Positions 1 through 9,692 are shown, counted from the first letter of the stretch. The stretch: DNA of 64,000 nt from Planctomycetota bacterium (GCA_965223505.1 CBDCWP010000034.1:32001-96000); one strand, 5' to 3'. The notes: a model not told the origin generated them from the letters alone. Numbers and translations are program-made.

Positions 1-126
1 CGCCGTGAACGCCAGGATCGCGCCCAGGAGGTGGCTGTACGTCTTCGTGATGAACGTCGCGCGGGTGTCGACGTCGAGCTGGGCGACCGGGCGCGCGTCG
101 GTGTGGAACTGCATGACCTGGGACAT
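1..126 (-). CDS. Bax inhibitor-1/YccA family membrane protein, N-terminus (runs off window)
   Basis: Manual translation from ATG at 126 gives MSQVMQFHTDARPVAQLDVDTRATFITKTYSHLLGAILAFTA; the R..FI.KTY.HL.GA pattern is typical of BI-1/YccA; AAGGA lies upstream. Confidence 0.7.
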   Translation of the reverse strand, partial: MSQVMQFHTDARPVAQLDVDTRATFITKTYSHLLGAILAFTA

Positions 127-201
127 GAGGTAGTCCTTTCTCTCGTAGGCCGCCGAGTCTACCGCGGCGCCGGGCGTGCGGCCAAATCGCCGGGTCCAGC
201 T

Positions 202-355
202 ACCCTGGTGGTCGCCCAATTGGGGGCGTCCCTCATTGGGCAGCCACAAGGGCTGCCCCTACGCCTACGGCAACCCGCCGGCGAATGCCGTTGCACACCA
301 GGGGCCTAACCCCTACGCGGACGCCTCCAATTGGGCGATCAGGGGTCGCCCCTAC
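202..355. repeat. Cluster of GTAG-type REP-like palindromes
   Basis: accctggtggtcgcccaattggg...gggcagccacaagggctgcccctac (202-262) nearly matches the units at 34774-34850 and 34907-34984; a further copy gggcgatcaggggtcgcccctac ends at 355. Confidence 0.8.
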
Positions 356-1125
356 GCGAGCGAACTTGGACAAAGCTGGCGCAGGGTGCACTCGTCGCAC
401 TTCGGGCGCCGCGCGATGCAGACCTGGCGGCCGTGGTGGATCAGGCGATGGCTCAGCTGGATCCACGCCGTGGGGTCGTGCAGCGCCATCAGGTCCTTCT
501 CGATGTGCTCCGGGGTCTTGGCCTTGGTCCAGCCCAGGAGCCCGCTGATGCGCTGGACGTGGGTGTCCACCACGACGCCGTCGGCCAGGCCCCAGATGAC
601 GCCGCGCACGACGTTCGCCGTCTTGCGCGCCACCCCCGGCAGCGTCAAGAGGTCGTCCATCGCCTGCGGGACCTCGCCGTCGTACGCCTCCACCAGCCGC
701 GCCGCCATGCCCTGCAGGCTCTTGGCCTTGTTGCGGAAGAAGCCGGTGGTGCGGATCACCTCCTCGACCTCCTCCCGCTGCGCCCTGGCCAGTGCCGCGG
801 GCGTGGGCCAGCGGTGGAAGAGCTCGGGCGTGACCATGTTCACGCGGGCGTCGGTGCACTGCGCGCTCAGAATGGTCGCCGCGGTCAGCTCGAAGGCGTT
901 GCGGTGGTTCAGCGCGCACTCCGCGACCGGGTACGCGTCGGTGAGGAGCTGCACGATGCGCGCCGCGCGCAGCCGCTCCTCCCGGTTGTAGCGGCGCGGC
1001 TGGTACCCGCGCTTCTTGGCCGCCTTCTTCCGCTTGGCCTTCCTGCGGGTCGCCTTCTTGCGCGCGCTCTTCTTGCGGGCCGACGTCTTCGCGCGGGCGG
1101 CGGACTTCTTCGACGGCGAGCCCAT
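352..1125 (-). CDS. nth: Endonuclease III (HhH-GPD DNA glycosylase/AP lyase, 4Fe-4S)
   Basis: [30 protein letters not shown] and C-x6-C-x2-C-x5-C ([17 protein letters not shown]); Lys/Arg-rich N-terminal extension. Confidence 0.97.
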   Translation of the reverse strand: MGSPSKKSAARAKTSARKKSARKKATRRKAKRKKAAKKRGYQPRRYNREERLRAARIVQLLTDAYPVAECALNHRNAFELTAATILSAQCTDARVNMVTPELFHRWPTPAALARAQREEVEEVIRTTGFFRNKAKSLQGMAARLVEAYDGEVPQAMDDLLTLPGVARKTANVVRGVIWGLADGVVVDTHVQRISGLLGWTKAKTPEHIEKDLMALHDPTAWIQLSHRLIHHGRQVCIARRPKCDECTLRQLCPSSLA

Positions 1126-2591
1126 CAGGCGTTCCCCTCCCGCCTACACCATGCGGCGAACCCGGCGACGTCCAGCGTGGGAAGCACCTCCGACACGGTC
1201 CACGCACCGCGGCGCGCGGCACCGACGGCGCACAGCAGGTTGTCGACGCTCTCGAGGTCGTGCGCGTCGGCGGCCGGGACGAGCGACACGCCGGCCGCAC
1301 GCGCGGCGTCGTGCCAGCCGGCGTCGTAGCTCACGGCGTGCGCCTCGCCGCTCAGCTCCACCGCGGTGCCGTGGGCCTCGCAGGCCTCGAACACCCGCGA
1401 CCAGTCCGGCGTGGCCGTCGGCCCGCCGGCGCCGGGCGTCTTGAGGTGCCCGAGCACGTGCACCGCGGGATGGGTCGCGGCGGCGACGAGCGTCCGGGTG
1501 AGCGCGGCGGCGTCGCCGGCCGGGTCGCCGCGCCCGGGCTCGACGGTCGCGAAGACGACGTCGGCCGCGTCGAGCTGCGCGGGGGGCACGTCCGGCGCGT
1601 CCTGCCGAGCGAAGTCGGTCTCGAGTCCGTGGAAGACGTGCAGGTCGGGTTCGCCCTCGACGGGCTCGCGCGCGTTCGCCGCGCGGATCTCGTCGGCCTG
1701 CGCCCCGAAGCCCTCGGTCGAGAGCCCGCGGGGCTGGGCGTTCGGCCCGCGGTCGGCGACGACCATCCAGGCGAAGCCCTCTTGCGCGGCGCGGTCGGCC
1801 ATCTCGGCGACGGAGAACGACCCCGCGGCGGCCGCCGTGTGCACGTGCGCCAGTCCGTTGACGTCGCGCATGTGCAACCATCCGTCGGGCGCTTCCTCGA
1901 GATCGCTGCGCTCGCGCAGCTCCGGCGGGCAATACGGAAGCTCCAGCGCGGCGTACAGCTCCGGCTCGTGAAACGCCGCGACGTCGAGGCTGCGGCCGAC
2001 CGCGTTCGCGTGTGCGCGCACCCGCTCGACGTGCGCCGCCGGTCCGGTCAGCTCGAGCAGCTTCGAGAAGAAGGTCGCCTCGTCGGTCACGGTCAGCTCG
2101 ACGCGCGTGCCGTCGTCGGTGCGAACGGCGGCGTGGTCGGTTGCCGATTCGACGCACGCGCTGACGAACGGCATGTTCCGAAACGCATCGAGCAGCGCCG
2201 CCGGCTCGTGCGCGGTCGCGAGCAGCACGACGCGGTCCACCGTCGGCGCCATGCGCCGCACCGCGCCGGCGACGGCGAGTCGCAATGCGCTCTCGTCGCG
2301 TTGCAGGCGGTCGAGCACGCGCGCAGCGACCCGGCGCGCGTGCGGCAGCCGCCGCGCGTCCGTGCCCCACGGCGCCGTTCGAAGCGCGCGTTGGAGCGTC
2401 TTCTGCACCAGCCCGCCGTCGTCGAGCACGTCGCGCACGCGGTTGGTGCGGCAGGCCCAGTCCAGGTCGGCTTCCCCGGCGATGCCGAGCTCCGAGATCA
2501 GCCGCGTTGCCGGCCCCATGTCCGCGCCCAGGGCGGCCCAAAGCGGCTGAAGCGCTGAGGGCGGCTCGGTGGGGGGCGTCGGAATCGTCAC
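1125..2591 (-). CDS. PolX-PHP family protein with degenerate polymerase motifs
   Basis: [22 protein letters not shown], then PHP motifs HVHT, GLE.D, LGH and DAH; stop overlaps the nth start. Confidence 0.85.
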   Translation of the reverse strand: MTIPTPPTEPPSALQPLWAALGADMGPATRLISELGIAGEADLDWACRTNRVRDVLDDGGLVQKTLQRALRTAPWGTDARRLPHARRVAARVLDRLQRDESALRLAVAGAVRRMAPTVDRVVLLATAHEPAALLDAFRNMPFVSACVESATDHAAVRTDDGTRVELTVTDEATFFSKLLELTGPAAHVERVRAHANAVGRSLDVAAFHEPELYAALELPYCPPELRERSDLEEAPDGWLHMRDVNGLAHVHTAAAAGSFSVAEMADRAAQEGFAWMVVADRGPNAQPRGLSTEGFGAQADEIRAANAREPVEGEPDLHVFHGLETDFARQDAPDVPPAQLDAADVVFATVEPGRGDPAGDAAALTRTLVAAATHPAVHVLGHLKTPGAGGPTATPDWSRVFEACEAHGTAVELSGEAHAVSYDAGWHDAARAAGVSLVPAADAHDLESVDNLLCAVGAARRGAWTVSEVLPTLDVAGFAAWCRREGNA

Positions 2592-2693
2592 GGAATCGAC
2601 GATCGTAGCGCTGATTGCCGGCCGCCCGGCAGACGGTCCCAGCGCTTGGGCCCCGCCTCGCGGGGCGCCTGGCTAGCGGTACGCTGGCCGGTC

Positions 2694-3404
2694 ATGCGTC
2701 TTCGCGCCGACATCGTCATTGCGGGCGTCATCGTGGTCCTCTGCGCCTACGCCGTCGCCGCCCAGCTGGGCTTCGATCCGCTGGGCAGCGAGGAGACGAT
2801 CGAGCCGATCGCCATCGGGGAGGTCCTCGACCCGGACCTCGTCCTGAACTACGTGGACAAGAACCCCAAGCCGGTCGCCCTGGGCAATTGGTACGGCGAG
2901 AAGGCGACGGTGTTCTACACCTGGAGCGTTCCGTGTCCCTGCGTCGAGCATCTGGAACCTCGCATGCGCTCGGTGTTCTCGCGCTTCGGCAAGGACCAGG
3001 GCGTCGCGTGGATCGCGGTGGACGGCGAGCCCCTCGATCGGCCCGAGACGTACGTCATCGCGCCCGGTACCAAGGACGAGGAAGAGCGCCTCGGCATCAT
3101 GACGAAGATGGGCCGCATCTACGCCTTCTACAAGATGCTGCTCGATCCGGAGCAGCAGCTCTGCCGGCGGCTCGGGTTCAGCGACGCGTGCCAGGTTGCG
3201 GTGCTGGACGGGGAGGGACGGCTGCGCTACCGCGGCTCGATCGACCACGACTACTACAAGGGGAAGGGCGAGTATCTCGAAGCGGCGCTTCGGTCCGTCC
3301 TCGCCGGTCGGCCCGTCGAACCCGCCGAGCGGCCGTGGGTGTACGGCTGCGGGTTCTCCGATCCGGAATCGTGCGAGTTCTACGAAGGCCTGACGCCGAA
3401 GTAG
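2694..3404 (+). CDS. Membrane-anchored redoxin / thioredoxin-fold protein
   Basis: N-terminal hydrophobic helix, WSVPCPCV, VLDGEGRLRYRGSID and YGC motifs typical of AhpC/TSA-like redoxins. Confidence 0.75.
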   Translation: MRLRADIVIAGVIVVLCAYAVAAQLGFDPLGSEETIEPIAIGEVLDPDLVLNYVDKNPKPVALGNWYGEKATVFYTWSVPCPCVEHLEPRMRSVFSRFGKDQGVAWIAVDGEPLDRPETYVIAPGTKDEEERLGIMTKMGRIYAFYKMLLDPEQQLCRRLGFSDACQVAVLDGEGRLRYRGSIDHDYYKGKGEYLEAALRSVLAGRPVEPAERPWVYGCGFSDPESCEFYEGLTPK

Positions 3405-3425
3405 CGGCGATGAACAGCCCCCGCA

Positions 3426-3445
3426 GACTCGACACCCGTCGAGTC
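3426..3445. terminator. Hairpin between convergent genes (possible bidirectional terminator)
   Basis: GACTCGAC-accc-GTCGAGTC, 8-bp perfect stem; no U-tract. Confidence 0.35.
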
Positions 3446-3475
3446 GCAGCGTTCGGCGATCGCGCCCGGCTTCGT

Positions 3476-3796
3476 CTAGATGTGAATCAGCGTGCCCGTC
3501 CGCATCATGCTGATGCGCTTGATGCGCGAGATCGGGATGTACTGCTTCACCGGCTGACGGTCCTTCTTCGTGGCGGCCAGAACCGTGTTGAAGATCACGT
3601 AGTCGTTGCCGAATCCGGCGATCTTGCCGGGGTACCAACCCTCGCGCAGCTCGTGCCCCGAGCTCGGCAGCGCTTCGAACGACTCCGGGTTGACGAACGT
3701 GACCTGCTTGCCGACCAGCGACTCCAGCACGCCGCGGTAGTCGCGGTCTTCCGTCGTGGGCTGGGGGGCTTCCTTCGTTGCCTGCTGCTCCGACAT
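3476..3796 (-). CDS. Hypothetical protein (small beta-rich, possibly Sm/SH3-like)
   Basis: GGAGGAG RBS before ATG at 3796; natural-looking protein composition. Confidence 0.7.
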   Translation of the reverse strand: MSEQQATKEAPQPTTEDRDYRGVLESLVGKQVTFVNPESFEALPSSGHELREGWYPGKIAGFGNDYVIFNTVLAATKKDRQPVKQYIPISRIKRISMMRTGTLIHI

Positions 3797-3905
3797 GGCA
3801 CTCCTCCGTGGTGGGGGGCCGTCATTCGGGCCCCGGGCGCCCACCCTACGTGTGCGTGGGGTCCCGGGGCAATGGGCAGCGTCTCGACGAGCGGAGCGCC
3901 GCCGG

Positions 3906-4202
3906 CTAGCGCGCGCGCTTGAACCAGAACTCGACGGAGGCGCGGGTGTTCACGGTGAACCCGCTCGCCGGCTCGTAGACCGAAACCAGCTCCCAGCCGT
4001 GGGCGCCGAGCTTCTGGATGGGCGCCAGCAGGGTGATGTCGGACTTCTCGTACGTCTCCAGTCGGCGGTCCAGCGGGATGAGTACGTGCTTGTACTCCCA
4101 GCCGTCGGGCGCCGCGCCGTCGGCCTGCGCCGGGGCGCCGAATGCGAGGAACGCGGCGCCGAGCAAGAGGGCGCACGGGATCATCCAGGTCAGGGCCTTC
4201 AT
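3906..4202 (-). CDS. Secreted DUF4177-like small protein
   Basis: AGGAGG RBS, signal peptide, WEYK...LGAHGWELVSV...FKR pattern. Confidence 0.7.
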   Translation of the reverse strand: MKALTWMIPCALLLGAAFLAFGAPAQADGAAPDGWEYKHVLIPLDRRLETYEKSDITLLAPIQKLGAHGWELVSVYEPASGFTVNTRASVEFWFKRAR

Positions 4203-4419
4203 CGGGGGGTCCTCCTGTGGCGGTTGGGCGTCGATTGTCCGCGAGGGTTGGACGACGCGCAGCGGCAAACTCGTCGAATTGCTCGGGTCATCCCGGCGTT
4301 GCCCGCGTCGGCTCGCGTTGCTACCTTCCCCCCGCTCGCGAGCGAGGCGCCGCGCCGTTTCCGGCCCCTGTTTCTCGGGCTTTCCCGGCCCCTGCGCCGC
4401 TTCGAGGAGCACTCTTCGC

Positions 4420-5841
4420 GTGGTCAAGATCCCGGTAGGCATCCCGATCTTCGTCGCCGCGGCCGGCATCGATCCGCGTTTCTCGAAGCTGGTGCACCGA
4501 TACATCTTCTGGGCGGCGCTGTGGCTGCTGCTGGCCAGCGGTATCGGGCTGCTTCTCGCGATCCGTCACGTGGACCCCGAGATCCTGGGTGGGCTCGAGG
4601 AGTTGACGTACGGGCGCCTTCGCCCGGCGCACACGATGACCATGCTCTTCGGCTGGGCGTCGATGGCGCTGGTGGGTCTGTCGTTCTTCGTCGTCGCCAA
4701 GTCGTCCTGGCTGCCGATGCACGAGCCGTGGTCCGACTGGGAGCACGCGCTCGCCAACGTGTCGCTGTGGCTTTGGAACGCCGGCATCGCGGCCGGCCTC
4801 GTCACGTTGTGCATGGGGTTGGTGCGCGGCGGCATGGAGTATCGCGAGTACGAGTGGTACTGCATGGCGCCGATTGCGCTCGCCGTGATCATCGTCGGGA
4901 TCCTGTTCTTCCGCTTCATCGCGCGCCGGCACGTGGGCGGCGTCTACATCTCGTGCTGGTTCATCCTCGCGGCGTGTTTCTGGATCGGCGTGGTCGTGGT
5001 GATGGGCTACCTGCCGATCTACAAGACCGGCATTCCGTCGCGGATCATCGACGGGTACTACATTCACAACGCCGTCGGCATGTGGTTCACGCCGCTGGCG
5101 GTCGGCATCACGTACTACGCGCTGCCGAAGCTGCTCAACAAGCCCATCTACTCGTATGCGCTGGGTGTGCTCGGCTTCTTCACGCATCTCGTCTTCTACA
5201 CGGTCATCGGAACGCACCACTACATCCACACGCCGATCGCGCTGTGGCTGCAGTCGGTCTCGGTGATCTTCAGCGTGGCGATGATCGTTCCCGTGTTCGC
5301 GAGCGTCGGCAACTTCATCCTGACGATGTGGGGCGAGCGCCTCGCCATCTCGCACAGCTACTCGCTGCCCTTCTTCGTGATCGGCGTCGTCGGGTACGGA
5401 CTCGCGTCGCTGCAGGGCAGCGCGGAGTCGCTGCGCTCGGTCCAGGAGACGCTGCACTTCACGCACTACACGGTCGGACACGCGCACCTCGCGATGTACG
5501 TGTTCGTCTCGTTCTTGATCTGGGGCGCGATCTACGGCCTGGTGCCCCGCGTGACCGGCAAGGAACCGCCAGTCGCGCTCGTCGGCGTCCACTTCTGGCT
5601 GGCGCTCGGCGGGATCGCGATCTACGTGATCGCGCTGTGTTGGGGCGGCCACGTGCAGGGCGAGAGCTGGAAGAGCGGCGAGCCCTTCATGGAGTCGGTG
5701 CGCGCGGTCATGCCGTTCATGTCCTGGCGCGCGGTGGGCGGCGCGCTGATGAGCGCGTCCCACGTCGTGTTCATCATCGCGCTGTGGAAGATGAGGCCCG
5801 GCGACCTCGCGCGCGCCTTCGAAGCGATGCAGGAGGCGTAG
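4420..5841 (+). CDS. ccoN: cbb3-type (C-family) heme-copper oxidase subunit I
   Basis: YGRLRPAH, HNAVG, FYTVIGTHHY (C-family Tyr before the HH pair), GHAH; GAGGAG RBS before GTG 4420. Confidence 0.9.
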   Translation: MVKIPVGIPIFVAAAGIDPRFSKLVHRYIFWAALWLLLASGIGLLLAIRHVDPEILGGLEELTYGRLRPAHTMTMLFGWASMALVGLSFFVVAKSSWLPMHEPWSDWEHALANVSLWLWNAGIAAGLVTLCMGLVRGGMEYREYEWYCMAPIALAVIIVGILFFRFIARRHVGGVYISCWFILAACFWIGVVVVMGYLPIYKTGIPSRIIDGYYIHNAVGMWFTPLAVGITYYALPKLLNKPIYSYALGVLGFFTHLVFYTVIGTHHYIHTPIALWLQSVSVIFSVAMIVPVFASVGNFILTMWGERLAISHSYSLPFFVIGVVGYGLASLQGSAESLRSVQETLHFTHYTVGHAHLAMYVFVSFLIWGAIYGLVPRVTGKEPPVALVGVHFWLALGGIAIYVIALCWGGHVQGESWKSGEPFMESVRAVMPFMSWRAVGGALMSASHVVFIIALWKMRPGDLARAFEAMQEA

Positions 5842-5844
5842 ATC

Positions 5845-6522
5845 GTGGCTTGGAACATCCACACCAGTCATCGCGCGATCTTCTTGCTCCCCGCGGGCAT
5901 CTACCTGCTGCTCGTGTTCGTCATCGCGATCCTGCCGGCGATGGCGGAGAAGCAGCGCGAGGACCAGTACATCCCGTTGGCGCAATCCGAGGCCGCGGCG
6001 TGGGGCCGCGAGCTCTACCGCAAGGACTTCAACTGCGTCGTGTGTCACACCCAGCAGATCCGCGGTGACGAGCGGCTGCGCTTCGAGGAACTCGACCCGC
6101 GCAGTCCGACCGGCAAGTCCTGGCGCGTTCCGGTGCTGCAGGCCGACCGGCGTTTCGGTCAGGACAAGCCGACGCGGGGCGAGGAGTACGCGCATCAGGA
6201 AGCGCCCATGCTGGGCACGCAGCGCACGGGACCGGATCTGATGGGTGTGGGCAAGCGGCTGCCGGACTTCCAGTGGCACCACTGGCATCTGTACAGCCCG
6301 CGCTCGGTGTCGCCCGACTCGGTGATGCCCGCGTATCGCTATCTCTACAGCACCGAGAAGCCGCCGGCGGAAAACGGAATCGAGCCGCAGCCGGTGTCGA
6401 CGTTCCACGGGCTGGGCGTCGACGGGGACGTTCTGTGGGCGACGCCGCGCGCCGTGGCGCTCGTCGAGTACCTGCTGTCGCTCAAGCGCGATCCGATCCA
6501 GAAGAAGAGCGAGGTCAAGTGA
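5845..6522 (+). CDS. ccoO: cbb3-type oxidase subunit II (monoheme cytochrome c)
   Basis: CVVCHTQQIR, GTQRTGPDL, HLYSPRSVSPDSVMPAY. Confidence 0.9.
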   Translation: MAWNIHTSHRAIFLLPAGIYLLLVFVIAILPAMAEKQREDQYIPLAQSEAAAWGRELYRKDFNCVVCHTQQIRGDERLRFEELDPRSPTGKSWRVPVLQADRRFGQDKPTRGEEYAHQEAPMLGTQRTGPDLMGVGKRLPDFQWHHWHLYSPRSVSPDSVMPAYRYLYSTEKPPAENGIEPQPVSTFHGLGVDGDVLWATPRAVALVEYLLSLKRDPIQKKSEVK

Positions 6523-6749
6523 TGTGGCTCGGCGCCCACGAGCATCCGGCCTGGGAAGACTTCGGCGCCGTCGAGTGGGCGGCGGTCGGCGCTGCGTCCA
6601 TCTTCGTGATCTGGACGATCTGGCTGGCGGTCAAGTACACGATCTCGCCGCGCGAGGACGCGCCGGACCACTACAAGCGCTTGATCTTCGACCGGCCCGA
6701 CGCCGGGGCCCCCGTCTTAGAGGACAATGACGAGTCAGGTGGCGCATGA
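6522..6749 (+). CDS. Small single-TM protein in cbb3 operon (CcoQ position)
   Basis: ATG overlaps the ccoO stop (TGATG) and the stop overlaps the next start (ATGA); one hydrophobic helix. Confidence 0.65.
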   Translation: MWLGAHEHPAWEDFGAVEWAAVGAASIFVIWTIWLAVKYTISPREDAPDHYKRLIFDRPDAGAPVLEDNDESGGA

Positions 6750-9430
6750 CGACGAGAGACGACTCCGAACCGATCAAGATCTACCTCGACGACCAGACCG
6801 AGCCGTTCAAGGTCGCGCAGCCGCCGTTGCGCTTCAACTTCAACACGATCCAGCTACCCGACGGTCCGCACACGCTGCGCGTCGAGGCGAGCAACGGCCT
6901 CGCGCCGCCGACCATCAAGGAGATCCCGTTCCGCGTTCGCAACGGCGTCGCGCTCACCGTCTCCGGCCTCGAGCAGGAGCAGACGATCAGCGGACAGGTC
7001 GAGCTCATCATCAATGCGTATGCGGGGAGTACGGAAGTCGACTTCGAGCCGCGCCGCGCGGAGACGCCGCAGCCCGTTCCGACGTGGGCCTGGGTGCTGC
7101 TGCTCGCCGTCATCGCGTGGACGATGTTCTATCTGATCAATCCCGAGCGCGCCGCGCCCGATGCGACGGCGGCGGTGGATCGTGCGTCGCCCGCGGTGGG
7201 GGAGCGCATCTACGTCGACACGTGCGCACGCTGCCACGGCGAGGACGGACGCGGGCGCGGTGACGCGAGAAACTCGGGTATGCGCGTCCCGCGGCTTCGC
7301 GACGACAAGAAGTACGCGCTGGCCGACAGCCCGTTCGACCTGCTCACGAAGGTCGTGTTGGGCGAGCGTCCCTCGGAGGACGACGACGCGATTCCGGATC
7401 CCGACGTGATCGACATTCCGACCGTGATCATGCCCAACTGGGGGCCGATCCTCACGAACGAGGAGATCGTCGCCGTCGTCAATTACACGCGCACCTCGTG
7501 GGGCCACGACGCCTCGACGATCACGCTCGAGCACCGGCGCCCGCCGCGTGAGATCGAGAAGCTCGAAGAGCGGATGAAGGACGCGATCGAGAACAAGAAC
7601 GCGAACGGCGAGCTCGGCGACTGCTGCTGGCCCAAGTCGCGGCGCGGGCGGCCGCCGATCCTGTTCCGCACCGACGGCGTCCTCGCGCGCGGCCAGCAGG
7701 CGGTCGAAGACGCCTGGAACCGGTACTTCGAGGACCTGGGCACCGGCAAGATCACCCAGTTCGTCCTCACGGAGGAGCGCTACGACTACGACCGCAACAC
7801 GGTGAACCAGGACAAGAGCAAGGTGATCGGCATGGGCCGCATCTTCATCGAGGCGGTCGCGCACAACGGCCAGCCCTACTCGCAGAACGGCCGCTTCATC
7901 CGCGTGTACGAGAACCGGGTGGACAAGGCAGGCAAGGTGAACTGGTCGTTGATCTTCGATTTCGCGGACATCGACATGCGCATCGGCTGCGACGTCGAGA
8001 TCGACCCGGACTGTCCGCCGGACGAGCTGCAGCCGACGGCAGAGTCCCGGATCGCCGCGCTCTTGAAGCAGGCCGACGGCCAGGCGCGCGGCTACGAGGA
8101 CATCCAGGAGATGTTCCGCGCCCTGGGGCGCAAGCCGGTCGCGTCCACGCACGAGCTGTTCTGGGAGCTCGACTACGCGGACTTCATCGAGCTCGAGTTC
8201 CCCTACAGCTGGGACGAGCCCGACCACATCATCAAGCTGGTCGAGCCTTACGACGCCGGCGCGTCGAACCTCATTCGGGCGCTGCTGCCCAACGAGATGG
8301 TCATCGTGAAGCTCGAGAGCGGCGCGACGACGCACAAGCCTGTCGAGCGGATGCCGAAGCGCGGTCCGTATCTCGACGACATCTCGACGGCGAACGTGGC
8401 CGCGTGGGTGCAGGCGGGGTGTCCGGAGTTCGCGGACAAGCCGTCGGCGATCCCGATGCCGGAGGGCAAGGACGAGCCGAACGGTGCCGAGCCGAATGGC
8501 AAGGAGCCGCCGCCGGGACCGTCCACCGGCGACCTCGGCTGGGAAGGCGTCAAGCAGCTGTTGGCGGACCTGAAGACGAAGGCGCCGGCGTCGCCGCACG
8601 GCGACTTCTGGAAGGACCTGAGCTACGACGAGTTCATCGAGTTCGCGTTTCCCCAGGAGTGGGGCGATGAGGGGTTGATCAAGCTGGTGATTCCGTGGGA
8701 CGGGGCGAACTCGAACCTCATCAAGGGGTTGCGCGACGGGAAGAACATCACGCTCACGATGCCGGACGGCACGACGAAGACGACGTCGGTGAAGCGGATG
8801 CCGAAAAACAAGCCGCCGATGTCGCCTGAGGACATCCAGCGTTTGATCGACTGGATCGACAAGGGATGTCCGGAGAAGGCGGGCGCGCCGTCGAAGTGGC
8901 CGAAGCCGGGTGCGACGGACACGGAGAAGCCGCCGAAGGAGCCGCCGCCCGACACGCCCGAGCCGCCGTCGGATGCGCCGCCGCCGCCCCCGCCGGGTCC
9001 TGATCCGGAGCCGCCGGTCGCGGACGCAGGCGAGAAGCCGGTGATCGACATCGGGTTCGCGCGGATCCAGGAGATCTTCAAGGCGTTGAAGCGCAAGGCG
9101 CCGGCGGCTGCGCACGGCAACTTCTGGAAGGACCTGAGCTACCAGGAGTTCGTGGCGTTCGAGTTCCCGATGGAGTGGGGCGAGGACGACATGATCAAGC
9201 TGTTGAAGCCGTACGATGCCGAGGGTTCGAATCTGATCCGGGCGTTGCGGGACGGCAAGGGCGTGGTGCTGACGGCGCCGGACGGGAGTACGCGGACGGT
9301 GAACATCGAGCGGATGCCGAAGGGTCGGCCGCCGATGGATCCTGCGCATCTGGCCGAGGTGATCAAGTGGGTGAACGCGGGGTGTCCGGAGCATTCGGGC
9401 AAGCCGTCGGCGTTGCCCAGGCCGAAGTGA
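6746..9430 (+). CDS. Multidomain cytochrome c (Ig-like, TM, CxxCH cytochrome, SnoaL-like, three tandem repeats)
   Basis: CARCH plus distal MPNW; three ~115-aa repeats, each with H-x2-FW, SNLI, RMPK and W-x3-GCP; Pro-rich linkers. Confidence 0.85.
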   Translation: MTTRDDSEPIKIYLDDQTEPFKVAQPPLRFNFNTIQLPDGPHTLRVEASNGLAPPTIKEIPFRVRNGVALTVSGLEQEQTISGQVELIINAYAGSTEVDFEPRRAETPQPVPTWAWVLLLAVIAWTMFYLINPERAAPDATAAVDRASPAVGERIYVDTCARCHGEDGRGRGDARNSGMRVPRLRDDKKYALADSPFDLLTKVVLGERPSEDDDAIPDPDVIDIPTVIMPNWGPILTNEEIVAVVNYTRTSWGHDASTITLEHRRPPREIEKLEERMKDAIENKNANGELGDCCWPKSRRGRPPILFRTDGVLARGQQAVEDAWNRYFEDLGTGKITQFVLTEERYDYDRNTVNQDKSKVIGMGRIFIEAVAHNGQPYSQNGRFIRVYENRVDKAGKVNWSLIFDFADIDMRIGCDVEIDPDCPPDELQPTAESRIAALLKQADGQARGYEDIQEMFRALGRKPVASTHELFWELDYADFIELEFPYSWDEPDHIIKLVEPYDAGASNLIRALLPNEMVIVKLESGATTHKPVERMPKRGPYLDDISTANVAAWVQAGCPEFADKPSAIPMPEGKDEPNGAEPNGKEPPPGPSTGDLGWEGVKQLLADLKTKAPASPHGDFWKDLSYDEFIEFAFPQEWGDEGLIKLVIPWDGANSNLIKGLRDGKNITLTMPDGTTKTTSVKRMPKNKPPMSPEDIQRLIDWIDKGCPEKAGAPSKWPKPGATDTEKPPKEPPPDTPEPPSDAPPPPPPGPDPEPPVADAGEKPVIDIGFARIQEIFKALKRKAPAAAHGNFWKDLSYQEFVAFEFPMEWGEDDMIKLLKPYDAEGSNLIRALRDGKGVVLTAPDGSTRTVNIERMPKGRPPMDPAHLAEVIKWVNAGCPEHSGKPSALPRPK

Positions 9431-9450
9431 CCGGCGGCGTGGTGGGCGCT

Positions 9451-9536
9451 GTATGGGCGGCCCTTGTGACCGCCCGCGACCGGCGTGCTGCATGCGGCGA
9501 GCGCAGTTGCCGTAGGGGCGGGGCTTGACCCCGCCC
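9451..9536. repeat. Two REP-like hairpins (GTA[G/T]-GGGCG...CGCCC)
   Basis: gtatgggcggcccttgtgaccgccc (9451-9475) and gtaggggcggggcttgaccccgccc (9512-9536). Confidence 0.6.
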
Positions 9537-9567
9537 GCGACCTGTTTCGGTCCGCTCGGGCGCGGAC

Positions 9568-9595
9568 TTGGCAAAGGCGGGGGAGGGTGTACGCT
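9568..9595 (+). promoter_or_regulatory. Putative sigma70 promoter of tRNA-Lys
   Basis: TTGGCA-16 nt-TACGCT, 21 nt upstream of the tRNA. Confidence 0.5.
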
Positions 9596-9616
9596 CTCGC
9601 CCGCGTTTGACAGGGT

Positions 9617-9692
9617 GCCCGCTTAGCTCAGTCGGTAGAGCATCGGATTCTTAATCCGCAGGTCCTAGGTTCGAGCCCTAGAGCGGGTACCA
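9617..9692 (+). tRNA. tRNA-Lys(CTT)
   Basis: Cloverleaf: GCCCGCT/AGCGGGT acceptor, D-arm GCTC/GAGC, anticodon loop TTCTTAA, T-loop TTCGAGC, encoded CCA. Confidence 0.96.

Noticed and set aside
3062..3072. cccggtacc match to the GTACCGGG element
   Set aside because: Inside a CDS and lacks the flanking A/T tract and CATA end; chance match
3756..9574. Long overlapping ORFs 3756..6068, 4321..6408 and 6854..9574 (similarly 25550..27613, 28825..31032, 40611..43151)
   Set aside because: Shadow frames of high-GC3 genes; Arg/Ala/Gly-rich with no motifs
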